In this document: piece after piece, positions 40,163-49,627 of the stretch
Position numbering within the stretch: position 1 is the stretch's first letter
How the letters are laid out: the number at the start of each line of letters is the position of its first letter
IMG/VR virus record: IMGVR_UViG_3300032288_001804
Coordinates: 32,428-96,427 of that record
Origin: a virus
DNA: 64,000 nt
Reading direction: 5' to 3' (one strand)
Notes under the pieces: model-generated
Databases searched by the model: none
Told to the model about the DNA's origin: nothing
The model's input: the letters and a program-made list of their open reading frames with translations, nothing else
Made by a program: the position numbers and the translations under genes

Positions 40163-40753
40163 TTAAAATTCAAATTCATTATATACTGAAAGTAAAAAAT
40201 CATCCTCCGGCATATGCAGGTTATAATCAATATACTTTCTAGGATTAAAGTATAGTTGAGATACGGGTTTTGTTTTATCTATACTTAAGTACATCTTCCA
40301 TTTCTCAGGATATACTTTAGCAAGCTCGCGTTTAAATTGTCTTACCGCATTAAACGCCCATATTTCTCTATCTTTAATCTTATACTTACTATTATAGTTT
40401 GAGAAAAATATTTTACCTATAGTACCATCTGTTTCCCAGTTCATTGTACTCACTTTATAACCACACTCAAAAGACTTCTTATAGTCTACAACCTGCTTTT
40501 TTCTTGCAGGACACGCGCCAATAAATACATATCCTAACCCTTCTGGTAACTCAATACCATCTCGTGTATTGATTACCGTTCTCCATATCTTCTCACAATG
40601 TGTTGCTATAACGCTTTTAAACGTTAGATAGTCCACATCATCATAACCTTTATGCTTTTCTTTAAAAGCTTTTAAGGTTTTAGCAGTTACTGTTTTAGTA
40701 ACCGGCTTTCTAAATCTGGGAGCATTTAAGTCTGGTTTTCTTATAGCCTGCAT
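40163..40753 (-). CDS. IHF/HU-like basic DNA-binding protein of the crAss structural module
   Basis: Basic protein with GIELPEGLGYVFI…FNAVRQFKRELA, an HU-like arm pattern. Conserved position before the ring genes. Confidence 0.55.
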   Translation of the reverse strand: MQAIRKPDLNAPRFRKPVTKTVTAKTLKAFKEKHKGYDDVDYLTFKSVIATHCEKIWRTVINTRDGIELPEGLGYVFIGACPARKKQVVDYKKSFECGYKVSTMNWETDGTIGKIFFSNYNSKYKIKDREIWAFNAVRQFKRELAKVYPEKWKMYLSIDKTKPVSQLYFNPRKYIDYNLHMPEDDFLLSVYNEFEF

Positions 40754-40830
40754 ATTCTCCTATTATAATTTACAAAATTTCTTCCAGCTTTAAAAGTAAT
40801 ACTTAATCGATTGAGAAACAAATATTAGTG

Positions 40831-40858
40831 AAAAACCCCCGAGCCATTGCCCGAGGGT
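40831..40858 (-). terminator. Rho-independent terminator
   Basis: Minus strand ACCCUCGGGC-AAUG-GCUCGGGGGU followed by UUUU. Confidence 0.75.
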
Positions 40859-40895
40859 CTCTCTTGGTTAGTCACGCTAAACCAACAAACGTGGA

Positions 40896-41450
40896 CTATA
40901 ATACACCTAATGTAGTCACTGCAATAGTGGCTCCAAATGAATAATCTGTACCAGAGTTGCAATAACTTTCTATTTTAATATAGTATGTTGTTGCAGGGGT
41001 TAAGTTAGTTATAGTATAACTTGTAGCACCATACACACTTGAAGGTGAGAATGGACCTACAGGATTAGTAGCTATTGTAAAATTGTAATAATCAGCTCCT
41101 GTATCTTCCCAACTGATTATAAGCGTTGTTGTACCAATGTAACTTGGATGTACATTAATAGGAGGTAAGCAGTCTGTGTTTAGAGAGTTAACAGACATAG
41201 CCTGATACGCATTCTCTAATGATGCTCCAGCGGGTAATGCTGGATAACTATCTCCATTTGCTAATAGTTTTCCAAAGTTAATTATACTATAGTTACCATG
41301 TTTTACACAGGTATCCTGAATAGTCTCATAGCATGGAGTTGGATCCGGGCATTTGATATCAGGGGGACAAGTATATGAAGGTGCAGTTGTAAGGGGGAGA
41401 TCCTTACAACCGCATTTATTATCTGAACAATTACAAGTTTTGCAAGCCAT
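40896..41450 (-). CDS. Cys-rich fibre/decoration protein with a C-terminal fibronectin type III domain
   Basis: Cys-rich N-terminus. TTLIISW…TSYTITNLTPATTYYIKIESYC FN3 signature. Confidence 0.65.
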   Translation of the reverse strand: MACKTCNCSDNKCGCKDLPLTTAPSYTCPPDIKCPDPTPCYETIQDTCVKHGNYSIINFGKLLANGDSYPALPAGASLENAYQAMSVNSLNTDCLPPINVHPSYIGTTTLIISWEDTGADYYNFTIATNPVGPFSPSSVYGATSYTITNLTPATTYYIKIESYCNSGTDYSFGATIAVTTLGVL

Positions 41451-41460
41451 AGTTTATATT

Positions 41461-42978
41461 TTATAAAGTTGTACCAGGATAGAATGGTCCAGTTTCGCTA
41501 GATGCTCCAGCAACCATTGTCATTCTAGTTTGATATGTAGTTGCGGTAGTTAAACTACCAAATGTATAATTATAGGCTATTCCTGTAGGAGGATTTACAA
41601 TTGCTGTACTAGAAACAATTCCGGTAAAACTATTATCCCATAATTCTAAATAGTAAGTTACTGGACCTACATAAGTTGGAGTAAATGTAGCTCTAAGCTG
41701 ATCAACTGCTACTGGAGTAATTGTTAATGCTGGAACAGCATTACCTGCTACAAACTCTGTAAAGGTTAGTTCACATTTTTGACCAGTTGATGTAATCAAA
41801 TTTAGACCTCCTGTACCAGTAGTAATTTGATAAGCATAAGCTCCAATACAACCTGTATTAAATGTACCAGGTGCTTCTACTGAAAAATCGATAGTTATAC
41901 TAGTTCCAACTAATGTGCATAAATCAAAACCAGTATTATAATTAAAATATACTCCATTACAATCTGTAATTTGAAGTTGAACATTACCTGCACAAACAAC
42001 GCCAGCTGGAATACTACCTTGAAAGTCTACTGTTAATGTAGTAGTTCCTGGGTCATATGATGAGTTAGCAAGACTTAACATAACTTGATTACAAGCATTA
42101 CAGCAGTTAGTCACAACATTATTTAATGCTGCACGCATATCGCATACTGTAATCCATAAGTTTTGTACTGCTGCTGATAATGTATTAAAATCACCGCTTG
42201 CAGCAGTAACCCATCCTGGGATAAGACCCATAGCTGCATATGGTTGTGATAGTGGTGCTGCACTCTCTAAACCTTCACATTGTTTAGCTAGTACATCATT
42301 AACAACAGTTTGTGCTATTGCACCATTACCTACTACAGCTGTTTTAAGATCGCATAATTCAGCCTCCATTGCTTCTACAAATGTTACAATAGGGATATCT
42401 GTAGATGGTGAGAGGCAACTTGTTGGAACAGTGATTTCGCCGCTATCTGGTGTACAAGGTAATACACAATCCTCAAGTGTTTGTACACGGCTTTGTAACG
42501 ATAAAATGTCTGATTGAACTACCGCTAACGCATCTGCAATTTCACAAACTCTAATACCAATAGCGGTTGCATATTCAGTAAGAGTCATTGTTGTTACTTG
42601 CTGACCAAATTGATTTAGGTAGTAAAAACAAGGTGCAATAGATATAATACAATTATCAGGACATACAGGTACATCTGGTGTAACACCTCCTGAAGCATTT
42701 TGCAATTCACAAAGCTTATCTATAATAAACTGAATAAGGTCATGAATATTCTCAGGCTTAGGACAAATAGGTGGAAAGCATGATAGATCAAAACCAGCAA
42801 TGTCTAGTTGATCTATTAATGTACAAAGCTCTGTTGCTACTTTATAAGTAACATCAGAAATGCTATCCCCTTTGCATAAAGTAATGCATGGAATATCTGG
42901 TCCCTGCCAGATTACGCAGTTACTTGAAACAGGATTGCATCCTGCTTGTGTATTTGTTGGTTGAATCGGTGTTGCCAT
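41461..42978 (-). CDS. Cys-rich tail fibre-like protein (coiled coil plus Ig/FN3-like C-terminus)
   Basis: SNCVIWQGPDIPC motif, heptad segment ILSLQSRVQTLE, ends FGSLTTATTYQTRM. Confidence 0.6.
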   Translation of the reverse strand: MATPIQPTNTQAGCNPVSSNCVIWQGPDIPCITLCKGDSISDVTYKVATELCTLIDQLDIAGFDLSCFPPICPKPENIHDLIQFIIDKLCELQNASGGVTPDVPVCPDNCIISIAPCFYYLNQFGQQVTTMTLTEYATAIGIRVCEIADALAVVQSDILSLQSRVQTLEDCVLPCTPDSGEITVPTSCLSPSTDIPIVTFVEAMEAELCDLKTAVVGNGAIAQTVVNDVLAKQCEGLESAAPLSQPYAAMGLIPGWVTAASGDFNTLSAAVQNLWITVCDMRAALNNVVTNCCNACNQVMLSLANSSYDPGTTTLTVDFQGSIPAGVVCAGNVQLQITDCNGVYFNYNTGFDLCTLVGTSITIDFSVEAPGTFNTGCIGAYAYQITTGTGGLNLITSTGQKCELTFTEFVAGNAVPALTITPVAVDQLRATFTPTYVGPVTYYLELWDNSFTGIVSSTAIVNPPTGIAYNYTFGSLTTATTYQTRMTMVAGASSETGPFYPGTTL

Positions 42979-43007
42979 TATATATAATTTACAAAAAAAT
43001 TTACGTT

Positions 43008-43772
43008 TTAACTAGGTTCTGGGCAAATAATTGGAGTAGGTTCAGCAGTAATTTGTCCACATGCTGGTGTATAATACGTTGCCGCTAAATCAGCTAGTTC
43101 TTTTTTAATAAGTATTTTTTCGGTGTTAATATCACATTCGCTATTAATACCATACTTTAAGTTCTTAAACATTTTATAGTAAGCATTTGCAAACTGAGTA
43201 TTAGTTCTAATATCACATTGCGAAGGCATCTTATAAAATACTCTATTTGGAGCAGGTATAATCCTGGTATATTTAGGTGGTTCTGGGCCAAGGCAGCAAT
43301 CACAATCTTCATAAGATTTTATTACTGTTACATCATCTCCAGATTCGGCTGCAATTTGATCAACTACTTCCCAGCAACCTGTTTGATCAATTGCTGAATT
43401 AGGACTAGTAATATTGATAACAGCTCCTAAAAAAGGTACAAGTCCTAATTCAGCTTGAGAATAAACCGTAAATATTTGTTTTGTCTTACAGTTTTTTATA
43501 GTAAAATAAGTAGGACAAGGATCATTATATATACTAACAGTCTCATTTGCTGGTGCTAATTGTACAAATGTATCGCATTCAGAACATGATTCTGTACAAC
43601 AAACATTTACTAATGTATAAATACCAGGAAAAGATAGATTATCAATAGTTATAACATTACCATTGTCATAAAGATCAAACCAAAAATTATAAGTACTAGA
43701 ACCTTCATCCCCTATTTGAAGATATATTTCATGGTTAGTACCACATCTTTTTATTATTGCACAGCAAGCCAT
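43008..43772 (-). CDS. Cys-rich structural protein (tail hub/fibre-associated)
   Basis: 254 aa. Shares a Cys module with the neighbouring vWA protein. Confidence 0.5.
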   Translation of the reverse strand: MACCAIIKRCGTNHEIYLQIGDEGSSTYNFWFDLYDNGNVITIDNLSFPGIYTLVNVCCTESCSECDTFVQLAPANETVSIYNDPCPTYFTIKNCKTKQIFTVYSQAELGLVPFLGAVINITSPNSAIDQTGCWEVVDQIAAESGDDVTVIKSYEDCDCCLGPEPPKYTRIIPAPNRVFYKMPSQCDIRTNTQFANAYYKMFKNLKYGINSECDINTEKILIKKELADLAATYYTPACGQITAEPTPIICPEPS

Positions 43773-43773
43773 A

Positions 43774-45573
43774 TTAGTTACATTGATATTTTAAACAACA
43801 TTCGCAATCATCATAAGCTTTAATAACAGTTACATTAACAAATTCACCTGTACAATTAAAGGTTTCTAAAATTGTCCAACAAGTATTTGGATAATCTGCA
43901 ATTTGAATAACCTTACCAGAATACAAACTTAAATCTGTATTTGAATGAAAATATATTTCAGGATTATCACAGTTAGTAATAAGATAGCATGGATTAATTT
44001 GTATAAATTCCTCACACTCTTGACAAGTTGTAAATGAACTTGTAATAGTTACTATACCTATTGGAGTTGAGTTAGCACAATTACTAGATACTGTAACAAA
44101 TAAACATTCCTCTAAACCCTCAAATACTATAATGCTTCCTACATATGCTGCTAGATAATCAAATCCTAAGTTATTAGTATTTACAGTTGCATATAAACTA
44201 CCATCTTTACAGTTAATTAAATCATAGCAACAAGTAGTATAATTTGATGTTGAGCATTCGCACTCACCAGTTATAGTATTTAAAACACAAGGACTACTAC
44301 ATATAGCAGGTGTTTCAGTATTTGGACAAAGTAAACTTTGCACTATACTATCTTTAATAGCTGCTAAAGATATAGAATCAAATAATGACATAAAATAATC
44401 AGGATCTCCTGCAATATTGTTACTACAAAATCTATTAGTAGATGTATATGTACAAGACCAGTTTACACAAGGAGTAAATATTGGACTAGTATTAAGACTG
44501 CAAGGTGTAGTAGACCAAGCTGGATTTGTAACACCTGATGTACCACCTGTATTACCTACTAATGAATCTCTTGTTGCATAATATTCTAGTGTGCCAGTAC
44601 CTGTAGTTTCACCAACTATCATTAATGTTATATCGCATGCAACTGGTGTACCTGCTGATCCAGATTTTATAGTTTGAGCTAAATCCATAGCCCCATTATA
44701 AGCTTGACATCTATATAGTTGATAGTTTGAGTTAGTACAACTTCCAGAACCAAGTGTTGTATTAGGAACCACTGTACCATTGTATGTACCAGAATAAGCC
44801 CAACTTGGAAAACCGTCTGTGATAAATAAGATTCTTCTTGCTACGGTAGGGTCTGAATTTCTATTATTTGGACCAGTAATATTATCATAGCCTACAGATA
44901 ATCCACTAACTGTATTTGTGCTTCCTGCTGAATATACAATAAAATTTGATATAGCTTGTTTTATAGTTCCACCAGTAGGACTACTTGTCCATGCTGTTGG
45001 TCCACCTGATAAGTCTAAAATATTTTGATCATTTGATAACTGAAGTGCATTGTTAAATCTTACAATACCTATTTGAACATCACCACTAACTATTCTATCT
45101 TCACCATTAGTTCCGTTAATATCATCAACTAATGTTACTAGAAAAGCTTTTAAGTTATCTAGTTCTGTTTGACTTATAGAAGATGATGCGTCAACAACTA
45201 ATGTTAAATCCATTTTACAATTAGCTGGTGCACCAACACATAATCCAGATGCAGCATTATAAGTATAACCTTCTGGACATACAGGTGTTGAACTTTCACA
45301 TAATTGATTACTAGTATTGTAAGTATAACCTGGAGGACATCCACATTGACTAGCTAATGCATCTAAACAATCTTGACAAATATCAAAAGACAACAATACA
45401 CCTAATGTTTCAGGTGAAATTGCTGAATCTTTAATTACTTCCCAACAAGTATCTGGATATTGTTGAGTATAGATAAATTTACCAAAATAGGTATCTATGG
45501 TAGGCGTTAGCGTACTATCTGTATAGATATCCGGTAATAATCCAGCACAATCATGTAATCTGTATGTTGCCAT
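43774..45573 (-). CDS. vWA (MIDAS) domain protein flanked by EGF-like and Cys-repeat modules; putative adhesin/receptor-binding protein
   Basis: MDLTLVVDASSSI (DxSxS), QIGIVRF, GSTNTVSGL, RRILFITDG. CPPGYTYN/CPEGYTYN repeats. Confidence 0.8.
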   Translation of the reverse strand: MATYRLHDCAGLLPDIYTDSTLTPTIDTYFGKFIYTQQYPDTCWEVIKDSAISPETLGVLLSFDICQDCLDALASQCGCPPGYTYNTSNQLCESSTPVCPEGYTYNAASGLCVGAPANCKMDLTLVVDASSSISQTELDNLKAFLVTLVDDINGTNGEDRIVSGDVQIGIVRFNNALQLSNDQNILDLSGGPTAWTSSPTGGTIKQAISNFIVYSAGSTNTVSGLSVGYDNITGPNNRNSDPTVARRILFITDGFPSWAYSGTYNGTVVPNTTLGSGSCTNSNYQLYRCQAYNGAMDLAQTIKSGSAGTPVACDITLMIVGETTGTGTLEYYATRDSLVGNTGGTSGVTNPAWSTTPCSLNTSPIFTPCVNWSCTYTSTNRFCSNNIAGDPDYFMSLFDSISLAAIKDSIVQSLLCPNTETPAICSSPCVLNTITGECECSTSNYTTCCYDLINCKDGSLYATVNTNNLGFDYLAAYVGSIIVFEGLEECLFVTVSSNCANSTPIGIVTITSSFTTCQECEEFIQINPCYLITNCDNPEIYFHSNTDLSLYSGKVIQIADYPNTCWTILETFNCTGEFVNVTVIKAYDDCECCLKYQCN

Positions 45574-45707
45574 TATTTAGTTTCTTTTACCTGCACACTT
45601 GGTTTATAAGTATGCACGCATTTTACGCAAATTTGTTTACCATCTGGTGCAGTACGTCTTTGACATCCACACCCTAATTTTGCTCCACAGTTTGGACATT
45701 TACTCAT
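45573..45707 (-). CDS. 44-aa Cys-rich Zn-finger-like protein
   Basis: Hand translation MSKCPNCGAKLGCGCQRRTAPDGKQICVKCVHTYKPSVQVKETK. Fills the intergenic gap, TAATG overlap with the next gene, preceded by AAAACCAAC. Confidence 0.75.
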   Translation of the reverse strand: MSKCPNCGAKLGCGCQRRTAPDGKQICVKCVHTYKPSVQVKETK

Positions 45708-45731
45708 AATATGTTGGTTTTAAAGTTACTA

Positions 45732-46289
45732 TTAGCAAGTTCCGCATCCGCACCCACATGATAGCTTATCTAGTTTAGCTAACACGTAAGTGTAGATAGC
45801 CATACCCTCTTCAGGTGTATGACAATATTCTACTTTTGCTTTAGCTGCTTTTAGCATTGTCGATAGGAGGTTTATTTCCCGCAACTTTTCTTTCATTGGG
45901 CCTACTGGCTCGCAATTAGGAACATCTAGGCAACAAAGCAAGTTATTAATTTTATTTAAGGCTTGAGATATACGCAAATGGTTGTATTCTACATATACCA
46001 CATCATTAGGTGCTACACTGTAGCGAATAACATATACCCCATCCGGTAAATCATTTCTATATGAATCACAGTTTGTAAGCTGTAATCCTAAATCACACGC
46101 AGTAAGATTTACTACAAACTCAGTACCCATATCTGTAATCTCTGCACTTGTAGTAAATCCAGGTGCGGTAATTTGCAACTTAGGACATTCTACTGGTACA
46201 TTTTGATTATAGGTAGTCATGTCTACTATACGCAGTAAACAGTTACTTAAAGTATCTGGAAATTCTAAAGCTAATTGATGTTGTGCCAT
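45732..46289 (-). CDS. Tail hub-like structural protein
   Basis: DLPDGVYVIRYSV motif, C-terminal helical Cys-rich region, synteny. Confidence 0.55.
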   Translation of the reverse strand: MAQHQLALEFPDTLSNCLLRIVDMTTYNQNVPVECPKLQITAPGFTTSAEITDMGTEFVVNLTACDLGLQLTNCDSYRNDLPDGVYVIRYSVAPNDVVYVEYNHLRISQALNKINNLLCCLDVPNCEPVGPMKEKLREINLLSTMLKAAKAKVEYCHTPEEGMAIYTYVLAKLDKLSCGCGCGTC

Positions 46290-46301
46290 AGTACTAAGTT
46301 A

Positions 46302-46309
46302 CAAAGATA
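46302..46309 (-). promoter_or_regulatory. Bacteroidota -7 promoter element TATCTTTG
   Basis: Exact TAnnTTTG match between the terminator and ATG 46289. Confidence 0.55.
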
Positions 46310-46321
46310 TAGTGTAAAAAT

Positions 46322-46359
46322 AAAAAAAGGGAGGGAGTTTTTTAACCCCTCCCTTTTTT
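46322..46359. terminator. Rho-independent terminator (potentially bidirectional) after the 441-aa structural gene
   Basis: A-run GGGAGGG…CCCTCCC T-run inverted repeat. Confidence 0.85.
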
Positions 46360-46376
46360 ATAAGTTTTAGTTAAGA

Positions 46377-47702
46377 TTAAAGAATCGGTGCAGTTACCGG
46401 CTCAACTGGAATACAAGTACTTGGGCAAGTATACTCAGTTAGTGTAGTACAACCTGAACCTGCATTTTCCAACCATGCTGTTACAAAATCTTCAAAATCT
46501 GTATTGCGACCATCTGTAACAATTTCTAACAAGTACTGGTCATTATCAAATGTTCCAGTTGGGTTGTTGAAACGTGGTACATTGTGTTGAATGTAATAGC
46601 GAGTATAAGTGTTGTTTTTATTAATAGCATCAAATACATCTGTACCATTAGTAATCTCACGGATACGCAAATCTTGTCCAGTATAGAAAGGTTGTTGCAT
46701 GTAACCTTCAGTTAAGATAAGGTCACGGATGATGTTTTCACCATAACCAGCTCCTTGGATTGCATCACAAGTATTAGTTGCGCAAAGACCTTGGAAAGCA
46801 CATGGGTCACCGTTAAGATCTACTTCAGAAGCATAAATTTTAACTGGCTCCAATTTAGCAATGATAGAATCATTTGGGTAGAAAGTACATGTTCCAAAAG
46901 TAGTATCTACATAAGCTCCGTTAATGATAAGACCTCCAAGAGTATCTTCAGGTGTAGCATTAGCAGGAAGAGTAGAAGGATTTTGAACATATCCCAACAA
47001 CAAATCTAAGTTTGTTGTAGAAGAAGTACCATCTCCAATTTGAGCCCAAGTTGTTCCAGCATCAGTTGAATAAGTAAGCTGAACTTGAATAAATGGGTTA
47101 ATCAAAGGTGAGTTCAACAATTGGTAAGCCCAGTTAACATATACAATCAATGGGTTAACAGGAGTTGGAGCAATTGCATCAGCAGGACAACATCCAGTGT
47201 AAGCAGCTGCAATATAGTAAGTGTTACGAGTTAACGTACGCAATACTGGAGAACCTTTGATGTCTACACGTAAGTTGTAAGTTTCACCACACAAAAACTC
47301 TTTAGTACAAGAAGCGCTATACGTAGGGGACTCTGGATCAAAGTTGTTTTGATTAAGACCTACAGTAAGCTGAGCTTGTTGTTTCTCACAAGAATCAACA
47401 ACATAGAAAGATGATACATACTTAGGGTTGATAGTCTTAGACTTTACAGTCTCAGAGTATCCACCGTGATAAGGACCAATTTTGTCATTTGGGTGAATAG
47501 AAGTTGAAATTAATACTAAAGGACAACTTGTAGTTGTTGGTCCTGCTAAGTCAGCTGGTGTTACCCAAGTCTTAGGATCTACAAAAGTAAATTGCGCAGG
47601 ACGAGTTTCTGGAGTAAAAGCTGAACTAGCTAGACCTCCTGTTGTAGTAAAACCATCGGTTCCTACAAACGTCTTTTGAAAGGCGTGATTAAAATAAGCC
47701 AT
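46377..47702 (-). CDS. Abundant structural protein, probably auxiliary capsid protein
   Basis: 441 aa with its own promoter-like motif and strong terminator. Position matches crAss auxiliary capsid genes. Confidence 0.55.
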   Translation of the reverse strand: MAYFNHAFQKTFVGTDGFTTTGGLASSAFTPETRPAQFTFVDPKTWVTPADLAGPTTTSCPLVLISTSIHPNDKIGPYHGGYSETVKSKTINPKYVSSFYVVDSCEKQQAQLTVGLNQNNFDPESPTYSASCTKEFLCGETYNLRVDIKGSPVLRTLTRNTYYIAAAYTGCCPADAIAPTPVNPLIVYVNWAYQLLNSPLINPFIQVQLTYSTDAGTTWAQIGDGTSSTTNLDLLLGYVQNPSTLPANATPEDTLGGLIINGAYVDTTFGTCTFYPNDSIIAKLEPVKIYASEVDLNGDPCAFQGLCATNTCDAIQGAGYGENIIRDLILTEGYMQQPFYTGQDLRIREITNGTDVFDAINKNNTYTRYYIQHNVPRFNNPTGTFDNDQYLLEIVTDGRNTDFEDFVTAWLENAGSGCTTLTEYTCPSTCIPVEPVTAPIL

Positions 47703-47767
47703 TGTTTTTTGTTTTTAAGGGTTATAAATATATATTTAATATAAGAAAAGTATTTCTACTTTCCAAA

Positions 47768-48289
47768 TTATTTTAAGAAAAGTAATTTGTACTTAGTAGA
47801 GTTTATAGCATCCTTAACTAAGTCTAGGTTATTTACTATCTCAGAGTATGGCATCATACCCTGTAGTTTATTTACCATATTATACATATCTCTAAGATAG
47901 GCCACAGCATCTGCTGTATTATCTAAAGTACGTATTGGCATTTCTTTATAGCTTAATATTTTCTCGGCCACACCTTGATAGCCTTCTATAAGAGTATCGG
48001 CATGACCGTGTAAGCCATCATAAAAATCACCAAGAGCTTTATGAGCAGCATAAGAACCTTCTCCTGTAATTTTTAAATGTAATCTATGAAAACTTACAGC
48101 AGCATTCATCATCTCTGTTGCACATGCAGCAGTCATAGTATCTAATGAGCTACCTCCTACTCCAGCATCAGGAGTAGGCTGTGGTTTTGCAGGCTCTTCT
48201 TTAGGTTGAGTTACAGTAACCGTAGGTCTACTAAGTTTTTTAATAGGCTCAGGATTTCTCTTTAATAAGTTTCTTGGTTGTTCAGCCAT
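47768..48289 (-). CDS. Ferritin/Dps-like four-helix protein with a disordered N-terminal extension
   Basis: HRLHLKITG…SYAAHKALGDFYDGL…DTLIEGYQG…KYKLLFLK, characteristic of phage Dps-like proteins. Confidence 0.75.
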   Translation of the reverse strand: MAEQPRNLLKRNPEPIKKLSRPTVTVTQPKEEPAKPQPTPDAGVGGSSLDTMTAACATEMMNAAVSFHRLHLKITGEGSYAAHKALGDFYDGLHGHADTLIEGYQGVAEKILSYKEMPIRTLDNTADAVAYLRDMYNMVNKLQGMMPYSEIVNNLDLVKDAINSTKYKLLFLK

Positions 48290-48291
48290 GA

Positions 48292-48996
48292 TTAGTTATT
48301 TTGTTCAGAAGCATTAGACTCCCGAGTATATTGATTAAATGATTCTATATCTCCGGCAAGAATTGATGCTGCTACATCTACAAGTACTTCAACAACATCA
48401 TCTGGAAATTCGCATAATACTTCTTCTGTTGATGTCTGTAGGGTATAGGGGTCTGCGCAACCCAGAATTTGAATTCTTGTTGGAACTTTATAGTAAGTTG
48501 CTTTAATAGATTTTACAGTAAACTCATCATTAGTATAAACTTTAACTTTACTTGACATCATCGTTGCAAAAGTCTCACGCCATTCAAAACTTGGCTTACG
48601 CAAAAAATCATTAAGTAAAACACTAACGTTAGCCTCCTCTGCTAAATATACCACCATATCTTTCTCCTCATTGCAGCATTTACTTACTGCTTTAACATCT
48701 ATTCTTTTAAACTCCATCCAGTCATCTGGTAATGCTTCAGTAATAACATATTTATCACCATAAGTAAAAGCAAGATCTTCAGATTTAAGCATAATCATAA
48801 GATCATCAATCTTACGATTACTTTGCTCATCCCCTTGTCTAAGAATATTGTTACCAACAAGTTGACGGCGCACCCACTCTATTTGAGCTTTATTAAAAGC
48901 TTCAACTATTTGCCAACATTCAAAGTTGTCATAGTCTTGGCTATCAAGCTTGTTGAGTCGCTCCTTAATCTTTATTTGTATGGTAGTATTATTCAT
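48292..48996 (-). CDS. Ring / head-tail adaptor protein
   Basis: LNKLDSQDY…FNKAQ…YYKVP…CEFPDDVVEVLVD resembles crAss ring proteins. Confidence 0.65.
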   Translation of the reverse strand: MNNTTIQIKIKERLNKLDSQDYDNFECWQIVEAFNKAQIEWVRRQLVGNNILRQGDEQSNRKIDDLMIMLKSEDLAFTYGDKYVITEALPDDWMEFKRIDVKAVSKCCNEEKDMVVYLAEEANVSVLLNDFLRKPSFEWRETFATMMSSKVKVYTNDEFTVKSIKATYYKVPTRIQILGCADPYTLQTSTEEVLCEFPDDVVEVLVDVAASILAGDIESFNQYTRESNASEQNN

Positions 48997-49142
48997 TTCT
49001 TAGAACCACCTTTTTTCTTAATAACACCGCGTCCTTTAAGAATATCAGCTTTGGTTATTTTACCATCTTTATTAAGATCTGGAAATTTTTTTGATCCCCC
49101 AGCTTTCATTTTAACAGAACCACAAGTTGCACACTTTTTCAT
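48993..49142 (-). CDS. 49-aa basic microprotein with an EF-hand/dockerin-like loop
   Basis: Hand translation MKKCATCGSVKMKAGGSKKFPDLNKDGKITKADILKGRGVIKKKGGSKK. ATGA overlap with the next gene. Confidence 0.7.
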   Translation of the reverse strand: MKKCATCGSVKMKAGGSKKFPDLNKDGKITKADILKGRGVIKKKGGSKK

Positions 49143-49154
49143 AGTATTATAGTT

Positions 49155-49400
49155 TTAGCATTTCCATTTTCTAAGTGACTTATTAATCCTGCTATTAGGA
49201 TCATTAGCCGTTTTAGCACTAGTAAGCTTCTTCTTCATCCCAGACATTCTTGCACAAAAGCTTTTCTTTCTAGGCCCACCCTCTGGTTGAGGTGCTTTAA
49301 TATCATGACCTGCAGCTTTTAAAGATGCACGTCCTTTAGCGTTAAGTCCTCCACTTGGAGACTTACCTTCTTTTCTTTGCCATGCTGGACTTTTTGCCAT
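49155..49400 (-). CDS. 81-aa basic phage protein (DUF6321-like)
   Basis: GGLNAKGRAS…RKKSFCARMSG…SRINKSLRKWKC. Confidence 0.75.
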   Translation of the reverse strand: MAKSPAWQRKEGKSPSGGLNAKGRASLKAAGHDIKAPQPEGGPRKKSFCARMSGMKKKLTSAKTANDPNSRINKSLRKWKC

Positions 49401-49626
49401 TGTCTTTAGGATAAGGGTTTTCTCTATGCCATTTTTTTGTAGCTGCTACTCCTTCGCGTACTGTTTTTGCACCAGCTTTTTTAGTAAGGTTTATGGTATC
49501 CCATTCACCTTTATCTTTAGTAGGATGGTTAACCATTATATCCCCGGGTTTGCCTTTACCTATCTTGTTAGTCTTTTTATAAACCACATGTTTTTCACCT
49601 CCGGCAGATACTCTAGTCTTTGCCAT
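49363..49626 (-). CDS. 87-aa basic protein (start revised to MAKTRV…)
   Basis: ATG at 49626 lies just after the upstream stop. The longer start at 49713 would overlap the 49628-49777 ORF. Confidence 0.65.
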   Translation of the reverse strand: MAKTRVSAGGEKHVVYKKTNKIGKGKPGDIMVNHPTKDKGEWDTINLTKKAGAKTVREGVAATKKWHRENPYPKDNGKKSSMAKKRR

Positions 49627-49627
49627 A

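Noticed and set aside
40891-40944. Plus-strand GTG ORF behind the AAACCAACAAAC motif
   Set aside because: Only 17 codons and antisense to a gene, with no supporting promoter. An antisense RNA role fits better.
46377-47702. Contractile tail sheath annotation
   Set aside because: Gene content (rings, muzzle, no tape measure or baseplate) indicates a short-tailed crAss-like virion.
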